Notes: a model not told the origin generated them from the letters alone. A DNA stretch of 62,229 nt, filler included, from Dirinaria sp. TL-2023a (GCA_051941275.1; 5 parts of 5 records of this genome joined end to end with filler, not necessarily neighbours in it), one strand, 5' to 3'; positions 47,301 to 60,708 are shown, numbered from the whole stretch's first letter. Numbers and translations: made by a program.

Positions 47301-48840
47301 TGTTATGCAGAGAATTTGGCGCGAAACGACTAGCAACAGCAGGTCAGAGACTGATGCTCAAGGCTCTCAGCCGCGTAAAAACAAAAACAAGAGGTTACCC
47401 TCCAGCAGTAGCTATGCAGAAGAGCCAAAGCTGCTAAGCAAGCATACTTTTTCTAAAGCCAGCCTCAGCGCTAGTCCGCAAAAGCCACTTCAAATGCCGA
47501 AACATGCGTGTGAAACACCTAATGAAAGCACTCAAGGCGCTGTCGAAGGCCTAAAATCAGCTCTAAAGGTCTCTTCACAGTTTAGACCGACAACGCAGCT
47601 TCCATCAGGCTCTGCGTTGGCCAAAACAAAGCTGTGCGGCACTGCGTCGGCCAAACTGAGTTACCTTCTAGACAGAATCGTTGATATACAGACCGAGGAG
47701 AAAAGCCTTGTATTCTATGAAGGGGACCACATAGCCTACTATATTGCCCAGGCATTCGAAATTCTCAATATCAACTACCTTATCTACACTGGCTCCTTGG
47801 AGATGAGCCGAAAAAATGCATACATTCACACGTTCAACACTTCAGAGACCTTCCGCGTAATGCTGATGGACTTAAAGCAAGCCGCTCATGGTCTCCATGT
47901 TGCAAGCGCTTCACGCGTCTTCTTCGTGAATCCTGTTTGGCAACCCAACGTTGAAGCACAGGCCATCAAGCGCGCTCACCGTATTGGTCAGCGTCGGCCG
48001 GTCTTTGTGGAGACGCTCGTCTTGAAAGATACTCTTGAGCATAAGATGCTGGAGCGTCGAAAGGCTATGACTGCACCTGAACATATCCATGCCGAGAGAA
48101 GTTTGGTTGATGATCCTGTGATGAGCGATCTTATCAAAGAGGCTATGTTTATTCCTACTACTGCCCAAGAAGCCAACGATTCGAAGTCTCAAATGGCACC
48201 GTTGCAGCACTCCCAGCCGCTATTCGGTAGGACGAGTGCTGGCTCTACAATTGCGAACGATGCTGATGCAGATCTAATCTTCCCAACCGGAAAGAGCTTC
48301 AAAGAAAGACAGCAGAACCGCATATCAAGCGAGTCCTCGCAATATGCTTCAAATAAGATGTTTTCGCCAATACCACGGGAGAGGCGAGATCACTTTGTCT
48401 GCAACGACGAGGAGTTGCAGTCCCCAACCAAGGAGCGTAAGATGAGGCGTTTGTCCATCTCAGGAGACGTATCATTGAGGGGTCCTCAGTCCTCCGATTC
48501 TACAAGCTCCACGCAACCAGGTCTAGTGGCTTATGATCCTTCTATGTTGTCTCATGGCGCTGCTAAAACGAGAGTGGGCTTTGGACAGGACGAGCCAGTT
48601 ACCAATGAAAATCCTGGCTCCGGTGAAGCAGCCAGTAGGCCATCAGAATCTCAGAGCCTCAAGCGATCAGCAACCCAGCCACGAGAAAGATCCTCCAAAC
48701 GTGTTGCTTTTAGCCTGGAAGAACCACTTGCGCAATCTGACGATGAAACTATGCACGATGTTGATCAAGATGCACACTTAAACAGTGCGCAGCCCACTCA
48801 GCCTAGGTCCTTGTTCGGCAATAGGTCGGAGTTGACCTGA
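44301..48840 (+). CDS. SNF2-family helicase/ATPase (Rad5/Rad16-like group)
   Basis: LYHFQKR, GGILGETMGFGKT (Walker A), TLIVVP, LRIIVDEGH (DExH), RWIVSGTP, AHGLHVASASRV and QAIKRAHRIGQ (motif VI). The first exon is inferred. Confidence 0.92.
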
Positions 48841-49832
48841 CTTGAACATTGAATCTCTGCTGGCTTTTTGTTCGCTGCCTCCTCTTCAATGTGGAGTTTA
48901 TCGTGCGCTCTAAGCAAAATAGGAGTTCAGGAATGATAATGGACATGGATGACGCATGATACCCCCCCAATAATTGTGTTTACTGAGCATAGCAGCTGCT
49001 AAGCCCCTTTTTACAAAAAAGGGTTTGATCAGGCTGCTTTACAGGGTGGAATTATTCTGTAGCAATTTCTGAGGACCGTCTGCTTACGATGATCTTGAGA
49101 GTCGAAAAAGCGGATGTATCTCTCAAATGCAATCACAACTCTTCACATGTAAGCGTGCCTCACATGGTGACATTGATGTATAAAGCCCAAACCCAGAAGA
49201 AAAAAAAAAACCCTCTTTCGTGCCTCTCATATTTATCTTGCAACGGGCTGCTCTCCGGTAAACATGTCCAATAGAAAATACTTTAAGGTAGGCACTCGTG
49301 AGATGATAGAGCTGCCCTGTAGGTACCAACCAAGTCACCTCCAGCCTCCTGAATCAGTGAATAGTTCCAACAATATTTCACTTTCAAAAGACAATAACAG
49401 AAATAAAAAATCTCGAGATCGAGACTTCCATTCATGCAATCTACCCCAAGATTGGGTTTTGACTGGATCTCGCCCAACCTGGTCAATGAAGCCGGGTAGA
49501 TTAGAAAAGCGAAAGGGAGAAGGTTGACTTTAGTATGTTTTTTGGGGGAGGGAAGTCTCGTATGTGGCACACACAAATTACACGACTAGGTAGAGTAGCA
49601 AATTTACGCTGTTCAATTATCTCTTTCGAGCATTATTGATGCTGAGTATCTTACTGCTGCCCTATAGCTACAGAAAGACCCGAGGAAAAGAATTGCAAGA
49701 AAGAATCAATGGATTTCTTTTTTTGGTACAATTGTACCTAGATAGATCCATCCTTGCCGCTAGAACTTCCTCCTAATCATCCACATCTATTTGTAACTAA
49801 TTGGCAGCCAAGAGAGACACGCACACATTGAT

Positions 49833-49932
49833 NNNNNNNNNNNNNNNNNNNNNNNNNNNNNNNNNNNNNNNNNNNNTTAATTAATTAANNNNNNNNNNNN
49901 NNNNNNNNNNNNNNNNNNNNNNNNNNNNNNNN
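49833..49932. other. Artificial contig linker
   Basis: N44-TTAATTAATTAA-N44. Confidence 0.98.
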
Positions 49933-51364
49933 AAAAAGGAACCCCCCCTCCCTCTATTCATCAAACCAAATATAAAAGAATGAGATCCCCATAGGAGGAT
50001 ACTGCGGTCACTCATGGTATTGAGAGATAAAACGGTAAGATCAATCCGTGATATATATGCCTGGGGGCAAATGAAGAGTTAAGATTTTGGTTTTTTTTTT
50101 CGTGGTTTGATTGAGCAAGTATTGGGGTTTGGGAAGAGGAAGAGAAGGCAAGGGACCAAGTCTGGGAGATGAATATCTGATTTCAGCAAGGGAACAAGGC
50201 TGTTCGATTTGCAATGGCTTTTTTTTTGTTATTCCCCCCCATGTTTTCTCTGATCGTACCATAAAGGAGTTGAGAAAGGAGAGAGATCATTCGAACATGC
50301 TATTCCCCTTTCTGAGCAAAAGAAGAGAAGCGTATTGTATGATTCCATGACATAAGATATGAACGGATGGATAGAATTGAGGAATAGGGGTGGCTTTTGC
50401 AATCTCATCTGAGATGTACATGCTAGCTCAATTAATACTTTGGAATAATTTATCAAAAAATTTTCGTACATTCTATCATTGTTATATCATTATTTTTTCA
50501 ACGCATGAAAAAAGCTGCTTCTCTTGAAACGTGAAATAACTCATTTAGGGAATTGTCAGGCGGGACGAGGGAAAACGAATTTAAGTGCAAGGGAGAAGAA
50601 GTTTTTAGATGCTAATATAATCTTGCAAGGTTCAAGAGGTCTGACTACATTAGATACGCTTCGCCTTATTGACGGCGCAAGATCTGTGCTGATCCGAGCT
50701 TACATCATGATGCTATGTTGGTGCATAACGATCCTAGATTCTGCGCTAGCTGCACAGTACATTTTCTTGCGAGATGGTGGAGGTATGTTGGGGTTTTTCT
50801 GATATAAGGTTCGTGAAAGAGTAGTTCTGTAAGAAAATAATCAAATAGCTGGAACGGTTGAGCTTGATTCAGATTCTAATATGGATATCGGCCTGGAACT
50901 CGATTAGCCGATCTGCGACATTGCTTGTCACCGCGCGGACGGAATACCTATTAGTAATTTTCTCCCACCTGGTTCTGCTGTGTGGCTTGCACGAAGGAGC
51001 TGCAATCTCCCACATCCTCGAAAGTACAGGTCGGACGAGAAAAGGTCGTCACTCAATCAGAAGGTTTGGTGCCTGGTGCTTAAATTTGAGGTCTATCGGC
51101 GACTTCGGACGTCCTCGCTTACGTCCTATGATATAGCCAGGCCAGGTACTCGTTTGTAGAACCAGCCTCAGACATCAGGGGAGAACTCGGGGCCGAAGTG
51201 GCGTTTCTGAGGCCGGTTGACGGTGAAGACAGCATGTCTCTTAGCAATTGAAGCTGATCCACATAGCACATATAGACAGGTTGCAACGCGTTGCTTGGAA
51301 AGCGTGTCTGAGGGACGGTATGGAAGAGTAGTTTGTTGCCGCATTTCGCCAACAAGGCTCAACA

Positions 51365-52600
51365 CTACCCGTCCTTCTCCTCCCCTCCTGGCACTGTCTC
51401 TTGCGTAGATGTAACCTCGGCGCCGTCCGCAGGTGCTGGCTCGGTGCTCTTCATAGCAGCCGAGGGTGGGCCGCTCGCAGATGATGGTGGCCCACCCTTA
51501 CCTTTCGGCGGTGGCGGCACTCCGGCACTCTTCGAGGTTGGCGCAAAATCCTCCTCCTTACTCTTCTGTTCCCCTTCTTTGAACATGTCATCAAAACCGC
51601 TCCTCTCCTTCCCCACATTTCTAGGCTTTCTTGCCGACCTCGGCGGTGCTGGGCTAGTTGAGGTAGGAGGAGCAGAAGGTGGTGGCAGATCCATGGTTGC
51701 TGGGACCAAAAACTCGTTTGATGGTTGCGCTGCAGAGGTCTGGTACGGGATCGAGGCTTCCTGCGATGGTCGAGTTTCCTCGTTGCTAAAGCGCGCCGTC
51801 TCGAAAAGGGTTTCCCCTGGCCCAACGCCAGGTTCATTGAGCGGTACCGGTAATCGATGGAGCGCTCCGAAACCTAGTACGCATCCCAGCGCGCCGAAGC
51901 CGCCCCAGCTACGGTTGGGAGTGATTTCCACAATCCTTGTTACGCCATATTCATGGTTGTATACGTAGAGGCGTAAGACCCTGTCAAGGTAGTCTTCCAC
52001 CAGTTCTCCAAGACCGGCTTCTCCATGCACAGCCCCTTCCGGTGTACCAACTATGTAGTCCCCATACGGAAGGAGACCTGCGAGGTCTGCAGGAGAATTC
52101 GGAGAGACGTCCAGGATGTGCCAAATATTTTCGGTGAGAGCCAGTGAGGCCCATTGCAAGGTCACGCCGAGGGTTGGGGAGGGTGAGGGGACAGGCAGGG
52201 CAAGATTGCGAAGCCGTTGGCCCTATGATCCGGTCAGAGAATCAAAAGATGAAATACAAAACCCGCTGAGGATGTCAAGACGCACTTTGGCGCTCCACAG
52301 AGCGAGAGATACGTTACTGCCGGCGCAGTTGCGAACTTCAGTTGCAAATAGATTCGGATCCGCATTGTCCTAAACCTTCGGTGAGCTCGACTGGATGTGA
52401 TGATTAGACGTGTCGCGTACAATCTGACGCCCGTTTATTCCAACGACAAAATCATACCAAGGCTCAATGGGAATCTCGGGGTTTTTGTTGCGTAGGACCT
52501 GAAAGCCAAACGCAGATTGGCCGTTGCGAGCGCTCTGTGCAGGGCTGTCCGAATCAAGGCGTGAAATAAAGCGATTGAGAGCGCCGAACATGGTCGCCAT
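51365..52600 (-). CDS. GRH1: Golgi reassembly-stacking protein (GRASP55/65 PDZ-like)
   Basis: MFGALNRFISRLD, FGFQVLRN..IEPWYDFVVGING, WHILDVSPNSPA.LAGLLPYGDYIVG and TPNR.WGG.GALGC.LGFGALHRLP. Confidence 0.93.
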
Positions 52601-53119
52601 GGTCAAGCTGACTGTTGAAACCTTTCCTCTGGTCTGGCGCAGAGATAGAAGCAAAGTGAGAAGCCAAGATCCCACATTCCTGCTTGCTAAGGGAAAAGGA
52701 CAAGCGAACGGATAAAAGTCTAGGTGGCTTCTAGGGTACGATCGCCGGGGCTGCCGACCTAGTCCCAGGCACTCAGGCTGTCAGGCACCACCCGAGGGAA
52801 CCCCGGATTCTCCAAATGCAGCCGCATATGCTCGTCATAGGACATGCTCGATGCTTGCGCAGAAAGGCCAACCGTAAGGACTAATGGCTTGAACACCTCG
52901 AAACAGCATGCAATTCCTGACCCTCATATCATATGATTCCTTACAATTTAGAAAGTAAGATTACAACAAGAGCAAGGGTATCTCTGAAGCAGCTCGCAGC
53001 CTAGCAGCACCATGGTACATGTGGGCTACCTTATCCCTAAAACTTCCGAACAATCGCTTGTCAACGCCATAAATGCCATGCACTATCATTTGTAGTCCCA
53101 TCTCTTATTAGGACTTGAG

Positions 53120-53968
53120 TCATTCCTCCTCATCACTGGTAGCCTCGAAATTCTTCTTGCCCTCCGTCTTGGCGTCTTCTGTGCCCCCCTCCACTACTGG
53201 GCCACTTTCCTGCTCTTTCTCAGCAGCCGCAGGTTGGCCGCTGTAGTCGGGCCGCTTAACATTCTCACCCGCCGTTGCGAGCGCTGTCTCGATGCCAGGA
53301 AGAGCCAGCATGAGGTTATTGTACTGATCGATGGTCAGAGATATGCCCTGTACACGATTAGCCAGTTGCAAGATATATCGTGATGGACGAGCCCCCAGGA
53401 CAAGTTCGGAGGCTATGGGTCCGTGAATGGTCGCCATGTGTGGGCTCAGAACGTAGAAGCTGGCCATGACGGGAGCAAAAGGCCGAACTACCTTACGACC
53501 TGGCAGCATCTCGCCGTCCTTTTCAAACATTTCACGGATGTTAACCAGGTTTCTTCCCTGAAACTCGGACACATTGACTCGTCGCTTGTTTGATAGCTGT
53601 GGCCGATGCCCCGCGTCAGCCCATTGTAGCACTGTTTTGTTGAGACCGCTTCCACTTCGGCCCAGAAAGTGGAGCACAGACCTCCCAGAACGGTTCGTCG
53701 CCATTGTTCCCCCAAGGCAGCTTAGATCTCGCCTCTGTAATCTTAACCTTCTTGCTTTTTGGCGCGTTGCTCGCGTCTGATGCGTTGGCTACAAAGCCAT
53801 CATCCGATACGTAATCGTCTGGATGGGACGTACGCTTCTTGCCTAGTCTAATTTTAGCAGGCTATGCTTGCTATGTACGAGCAGCATCGTCGTTTCTGGG
53901 ATGCCACCTTACAGACGCCACTTACCTCGCCCTCGACTGGCATGGTACTTACCATTACCACGAGGCAT
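53120..53968 (-). CDS. SUB1: Transcriptional coactivator p15/PC4 (Sub1/Kelp-like), 4 exons
   Basis: DDYVSDDGFV, EPFWE|LSNKRRVNVSEFQGRNLVNIRE.FEKDGEMLPGRK|GISLT.DQY and C-terminal KKNFEATSDEEE. Confidence 0.88.
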
Positions 53969-55293
53969 TATGGCGGATCCGACAACGACGAGCTCAGCTT
54001 TTACGAGCGCCAGATAAGGGCTGTAGGCTTTTGGTGAAAAAGACCAGTGGTGCTCATGGGAACGAAGAACAATGAGTTGAAGTGCTGTCCATGTTATTTG
54101 ATACAGCTGTGGTACTTTGTACCTTCCGCTTGATTTGCGGAGAGTTGCCGCTCAGCCCTATGCGGCTCCTAGCGCGTTTCTTCGCGCATGTTCACGTAGG
54201 CCATTGAAAAGCTCGGTCAGAATATTTGTTAGAGCAACTCACAGGTTGTCTAACTATTTCCAGTTGCTTCAGAGACAGGAGAATCGGATGGAGGCGAAAC
54301 TTTGGTATGCAGCTTTTTTGTTCGAAAGCACTCAGGTTATTACTATCGCTGAGATATGAACTAATGTACAGAGTACGCTGTGCGCTAATCTTTGTCTACC
54401 TTATGTACCTACCCATATCCTCCCCAGGCCCAGCAGACTGCTACGCATGTAGCCAGGATGTTTATGCGATGCTGCAGAGGACACGATCTGACATCTGATG
54501 AGATTTGGGGTTTCTCCAGTCGAGTGTTTCAGCACCGGGTGGAGGGATGAATGGGCATCATTTTCTATCCCGTGCTCGACATGTTTTGAATACCATGCGC
54601 CTTCCTAATACAAGGTAAGGTAGCTCGTGCCATCCAAGACATTCTTACTCATAGGCTGGCAATTAAGGTAAGGTTGAGATTCTCTTCTGTCCTTCCTCAG
54701 TTGTAAATTTGCCCATAAATTTCCATCTTTCGGGCAAAGGAAATCCAGTACCCCGCATCACTGTCAGCTTTCCGCGGTTGCTAATGTAAGTTATCCCCGT
54801 ATCTTACGGGATTGTGTTATACCTAATCAAGCTTCTCTCGCGTCTAGAACGATTTGATTGACGACGTTGAGAATTACCTAAGCCTGCGGACAGGGAACAC
54901 CGACCACTCCCCACCCCTCTCTACATCTCTTCATTATCGTGATGCAGCGTGTCTCGCTTGTCTACTGCCGTGTAATTTGGGCTCGAATGTAAGGTATATT
55001 ATGCCGCCTGTTGTAGTCGTTCGTCGCAGCAACTTATTGCGTAGCGATATGGCGTGAGGTCGCCACATCGCACTTGGCAGAGAGTCTTAGTGTTGATTTT
55101 TGCCTCGGGCACAACACAGGCCAATTTAATCGGAGAGGGTGGCACGAGGACGACACGATACGTTCCAAGTACTGCAGGTGGTGTCAAAGGCGTTCAGCTG
55201 TGAAAAGGTCCGTCTGAGGGTTCACACTGGTGTTGGTTTTGAGGGGCGAGAACAACGCCATGACCCCTGGCTAGCCAGGTCAAAATGCCGCCA

Positions 55294-55855
55294 GTACGGA
55301 GTATGGTCAACTGGAGGTCGCCTGGGGGACCATCCAAGATCATCACCCAGACCTGCCAACTTGCTGCCTAAAACAAGGTGCAACTGTGCTCGCCAGGGAG
55401 TAATTGTACCTAATCGTAGCTTATATCCCGCTAGCTATGATTTTTGGCATACCCCCGTATCACCTGACTAAAAACCATCCGAGTTTAGGAATTTTGTAGG
55501 CAGGGATCAAAACAATATTTCAACAATGTTGACGATACGGGGATATAGCCGAGTGTATCAAGAACCTATAAGCATCCATTTCTTTAACATGTCGGCCTGG
55601 GCAGCTTCAAAGGTCTACGAGTTAATAATGTCAACTGAGTAAAACGTCACTCCAAGGCTTCAGCGCCCTGTAGTCAGTTGCATGGGTATACTTTAGTTGA
55701 AACTGGCACGCTTCATCTGACTTCTTGAGATGAATAGCTTGAGGTAGCGACTACCGGGCTTGGGCAGAACCTGATCCATCAGGTGTGATCAGCTTGACGA
55801 GCTTGGGTGGTCCCCGGGGGCGACCTCCAGCTGATCGAGCTCATGGTACGGAGTA
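55294..55855. mobile_element. Degenerate MITE-like element (~540 bp, ~42-bp imperfect inverted repeats, 10-bp flanking direct repeat)
   Basis: 55305-55345 and 55795-55836 are reverse complements at ~80% identity. GTACGGAGTA at 55294-55303 and 55846-55855. Confidence 0.45.
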
Positions 55856-56490
55856 GTGATCTATGCCAGCTTCTGGTCCTCTGGAGCATGTCGGGTAGCC
55901 TAAGGATTCTTCCGGCACTAGAGTAGACTTGACCGGTCGGCGTCTACCGATATAACGTACTTGTACGTTTTAAGGTAAAAATTGCACACCACCTCATGTT
56001 AGCTCTTTGACGCCGGAAAGTATGGGCCCATACTGGCTTTGTGCCCATCGACGAGAACCTTCTTCGGCTATTGTGAATCAGTATTTTGAAAAGCATCGAA
56101 GTGCGACGAAGAACGACGCGAGTCCTACGGATTCCAGTAGAAAAGGCAAAGTAGGTGTTCTACAATTTGCGATCTTTCATTTCTAATCTACTTCTATTGT
56201 ACATACTTCTAACTCGGCGTAGCTTGCTGTGTAGAAGCACGGATCGGGACTGCAGCGCTTAATGCATGTACATACACTTTATGCAGCTCGACATCCATGC
56301 AAGCTAATCAGCTCCGTAGCGGAACTGAATTCTGCCGGTATTAATACGCAATCGGGCTTCAAATACTGTACTTGGGAGTTCTTCGCAGATCTCATCTGCA
56401 TAATCGCCACGAGGGCTCTTTCGATCTTCTCACGTTGTGTGAGGCTATCTACTGTCATACGCTATGTCGAACATTCAAGTACTCCCGAAA

Positions 56491-58395
56491 ATGGAATATA
56501 GCTTTCTCGCTTCGCCTATGGCGGAAGGCCAGCTTGTGCCAGTCGCTTTGATGGCTTTAGCAGTCATCAGTGGCCTTGTTCTTGCTTATTTGCTGCTCCT
56601 GCACTCTCCTAAAGCGTCAAAGTTCGATTTTTGGGAGACGCAGCCCCGAGTCGGACTCAAGAATCAACGTCTTTACTGGTTGCGATCGACCTTGAAATCG
56701 TTCACCCAAGCCCAATCGATGGTTGCTGAGGGATATGCCAAGGCAAGCCTCTGGCTTCGAGATTCTAGAGATTATTACTCCCGCTAATATTTTGTGAAGT
56801 TCTCCAAGTCTAACATCCCTTTCGTTCAGCCCAGCATGTGCATGGGCCCCGTCCTTGTCGTCCCACCGCCACAGGTGCGACGCATGCTAAGCTTGCCGGA
56901 AAGCCAAGTCGAAATGAAAATCTCCCACAGGGATGAAATACAGGCACCCTACACAGTCAGAGATTCCGACATCTATAACAACCCTTTCCAGTTCAGCGTC
57001 GTGCGGAAGCAGCTCTCGAGAGAGATCCCCGCCTTCACCAATGACATCGCAGAAGAGATCGCCTCCGGAATTGATCAATATTGGGGAACGCCAAAGGATT
57101 GGACCACAATTAAAGTCTGGGAAACGACTCTTAAAATTGTTACCCGGGCTTCTAATCGCGTGTTCGTTGGCGCGCCTCTCTGTCCGTATGTCACGAAGCT
57201 GGGATCTTCGCGAGACTTACGAGAATATAGGTCGGAATGAGAAATTTCTTGAGCATTCGAGGAAGTACTCTATGGCCATATTTGGCGGTGCAAAGTTCAT
57301 TAACATGATTCCGACTTTCCTCCAGCCAGTTGTAGGTCCGTTAGTTGGGTCAATCAGTAAAAAGCACTTGGGAATATGCACGAAGATATGTCTTCCAATC
57401 GTGGAAGAGCGGTTGAGGAACAATCAGCGAAGCAAGATCGATCCAAGCTTCGACTGGAAGCCGCCGGTATGATTAGCCAGGCTGTCTGAAATCGTGTTCT
57501 GAAAATTGACTTATTTCCGATTAGAATGACACGTTGCAATGGGTCATCGACGAATGCTATAGCACAAAAAACCCAAGACACCTGGACGCATCGCAGGTTG
57601 CTCATCGACTATTGCTCATCAATATGACTGCAATCCACGCCACGAGCTTCACCATGGCCAACGTCATTCTGGACCTCTTTAGCTCGCCCCCTGAGAACGG
57701 GTTCGTGGACGGCATCCGCGAAGAATGCAACCGAGTGCTGGCCGAAGCGAAAGGCTATTGGACGAAGGACGCAATATCCGAATTAACCCGCACTGACTCA
57801 ACTATCAGAGAATCAATGAGACATTCGGCATGGGGGGTAGTAGCGCTATCGCGTACTGTAAGTGATCACCTGAGCCGTGTGTAGTCCCAATCTCTTACGT
57901 GTGCCTCAGGTTTCTGCGCCCGACGGCATCAAAATGGACGGCGATATACACATTCCACACGGAACTCGTTTGGCTTTTCCCATCCACGAGATCCACTTTG
58001 ATGAAGATTTCTACCCGAATGCGTCGCTCTTCGATGCCTTCCGCTTCTCCCGGTCCCGCAAAACGGACCAGGCCACCGGCAGCACAGCCTCGATGGTAGG
58101 TGAGAAAACTAAGCAAGCCAGCGATGGAACAGAACGTCAAGATGGTTCTCAAAGTACTGCTACCTTGAAGCAAGAAGCTCTCGTCACGACCAGGGACACG
58201 TTTTTGGGCTTTGGGCACGGCAAACTACCCTGTCCTGGACGGCACTTCGCTGCGCATGAGATGAAATTGATACTCGCGTATATTGTACAAAATTACGAGA
58301 TCGAGCATCTGGCTTCTAGGCCGCTGTTGAAGGCGGTCATGGAGACCAAGGTACCATCGGAGACGGCTGAAATTCGCATCCGCCGCCGTACGTAG
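56491..58395 (+). CDS. Cytochrome P450 (ent-kaurene oxidase-like clan), 5 exons
   Basis: TM anchor, GYAK|FSK, NRVFVGAPLC, NMTAIHATS I-helix, DSTIRESMR, FDAFRF and FGHGKLPCPGR. The start could be 56464. Confidence 0.92.
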
Positions 58396-59463
58396 CTTGG
58401 GAGAGGCCTCAATAGGTGGTCGGCTATTCCAGATGGCGGTGGAAAGGCTACTAAGAAAAAGTGAAACGTATGACGAAATACACATGGAAAGCGCCAACGA
58501 GGTGTTCCTGGCCCGGCATGTGGCCTGTCTGATTGATTACTTATCTGACCAGAGTGTACTTTATACTGGCGAGGATCTATGAAGTATTTGTGTTCTGGAT
58601 AGGAAGGCGCATTGTAAGTACTCGTACACATGTGATAAGAAGGAGAAATACGTTTAAGAAACCCATATCAAAGGCAGTACAGTCTTCACAGACAGGTGTC
58701 GACATGACTTTAATGCTTCGACAAGGGCTGGCGCCAATCCCGAACCGGTCGACTTTGGGTTTCAGCGATGAGTAGATTGCCCATCGTGACTTTATCGCTT
58801 GCAACAAGAACGCTACACTGGCGATCATTTCAGTGTTTAAAGTAGGCTGGTTTCAATTGATACCCGTAGCCATGATTTGAGACACATCGAAGGATCCTTG
58901 GGAAGAGGAAGCGGACACAGAATTGGGACGGTGATCAAGAGTTGACTACCTTGACGGGTCTGAACTTAGAATCTGCAATTACCCCGCTGATGTAGTATAC
59001 GCGCTTATAAAAGGCAAGGGGAAGTAATCGTAGGATCTGATCGTTTTGCTCCAATTAATGACTTCGACACGTCACTAGGTCATCGACCTACTACAAAGTC
59101 AGCGCTTAAATGATCCTTCTTGGCGCTCTCGGAAACCCATCGAAGTGGACCTTGAGTTCTTTCCTCTTCACATATATCTCGACCATCTGGCCATCATACT
59201 AGCTCTTTTTCGTTTTCAAACCTGTATTAGACCGGTAAGGGCCATACGACAGCTACGAATTGTCGAGAGCTTTGAGCCTAAGTAGAGTCAATGCGTATTG
59301 CTCTGGACCGGGACTCGATCGTATGAAGTAGTGTGGATGGCTTAGCTGGCGAACATATGATACCAGTCGCCGAAATATCGAGGACCATCGTGGGGATACT
59401 GATTGGTTGCATCATACACTCCTCATAGCGGGGTGAACGGCAATTCTCGTGACACAGTTGATC

Positions 59464-60708
59464 ATGAGCGTTGATTCCGGCTCAGGAGAGTCATCATATA
59501 ATCGTTCCTACTTCTACGTCGGGGGTCATTATGTGGATGACGAGAGAGGCAATGGCCAGCATATTATGGTAGGCCAGATGTACGTGGAAAAGCTATTTCC
59601 ACTTCATGGGGCTCGATACCCGTGGCCTCTAATTTTCGTCCATGGTGGAGGGCAAACTGGTACTGTGAGCTTGAATTTCGATTATGCCTTCGACATTGTA
59701 TAAAGCAGTCTGATAGAGCAGAATTGTATTAAAATGAGATAAGCAAACGCGGATTGCATTTCCAAATTCATCCCGTACATGGGAACTAAGACCTGCAGCC
59801 CCTTGTCAAGCATCCGAGCTGATTCGATCTGTGAGCAGAACTTCCTCAACACCCCCGACGGCCGCAAAGGCTGGGCATCTTGGCTTCTTGACCAAGGCTA
59901 TGTGGTCTACCTCTTGGACCAGACATGTCGCGGCCGCTCCTCCTACGATGCTTCGAGCGGTTCCACACTCAAATATCCAGTAGAACTCGCGGAGACACGA
60001 TGGACCGCTTGCGCTGAATTTGCGAAATTTCCAGAAGCTTCGCTCCATACACAATGGCCGGGCTCAGGCCGTATGGGTGACCCCATTTTCGATGCTTACT
60101 ACGCCAGTACTGTCTCCTCTCTAGCAGACTACAGCGTAGAGGAAGCCCTCATGCAAAAAGCAGGCAGCTGCCTGCTGGACCGCATTGGTCCCGCTATTCT
60201 GATTACTCACTCTCAAGGCGGTACTCACGGCTGGTTGTGGGCGGACGCACGGCCGGAGCTGGTCAAAGCCATCGTCGCGATCGAGCCATCTGGGCCCCCT
60301 TTTCAGACCACGATTACCAGCGGTGTCAGTGTTCCCAAATCATACGGCATCACAGACATTCCAATTCAGTATGACCCACCAGCCGCTCAGCCAATGCATG
60401 GCACTAGACCCTTGCCGACACAGGAGCACATTACCGCCAATGGCAGAATGTATATGCTTCAAGAGGAACCGGCCAGAAAATTGATCAATTTGCTCAATAT
60501 ACCTGTGCTTGTAGAGACAGCGGAAGCAAGTCATCATGCCGGATACGACGATTTTACCGTGCAATTCCTACGGCAAGCTGGAGTGACCGTGGAACACCTG
60601 AAGCTTGGAGAGAAGGGAATTCACGGAAACGGGCACCTTCAATTCCTGGAATCGAATAATCTCGAGATCATTGAGCTCTTGGAGAAGTGGATCAAGGAAA
60701 TTATATAA
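59464..60708 (+). CDS. Alpha/beta hydrolase (Esterase 713-like), 2 exons
   Basis: GQMYVEKL, HGGGQTGT|NFLNTPDGRKGWA, THSQGG nucleophile elbow, IEPSGPPF and GIHGNGH catalytic His. Intron 59665-59838. Confidence 0.9.

Noticed and set aside
12490..49888. TTAATTAATTAA repeated at ~12.4-kb periodicity
   Set aside because: A synthetic six-frame-stop linker embedded in Ns; the periodicity reflects similar contig sizes.
25332..58395. Three P450s, SDR, 2OG oxygenase and hydrolase as one large BGC
   Set aside because: They are spread over three unrelated contigs.
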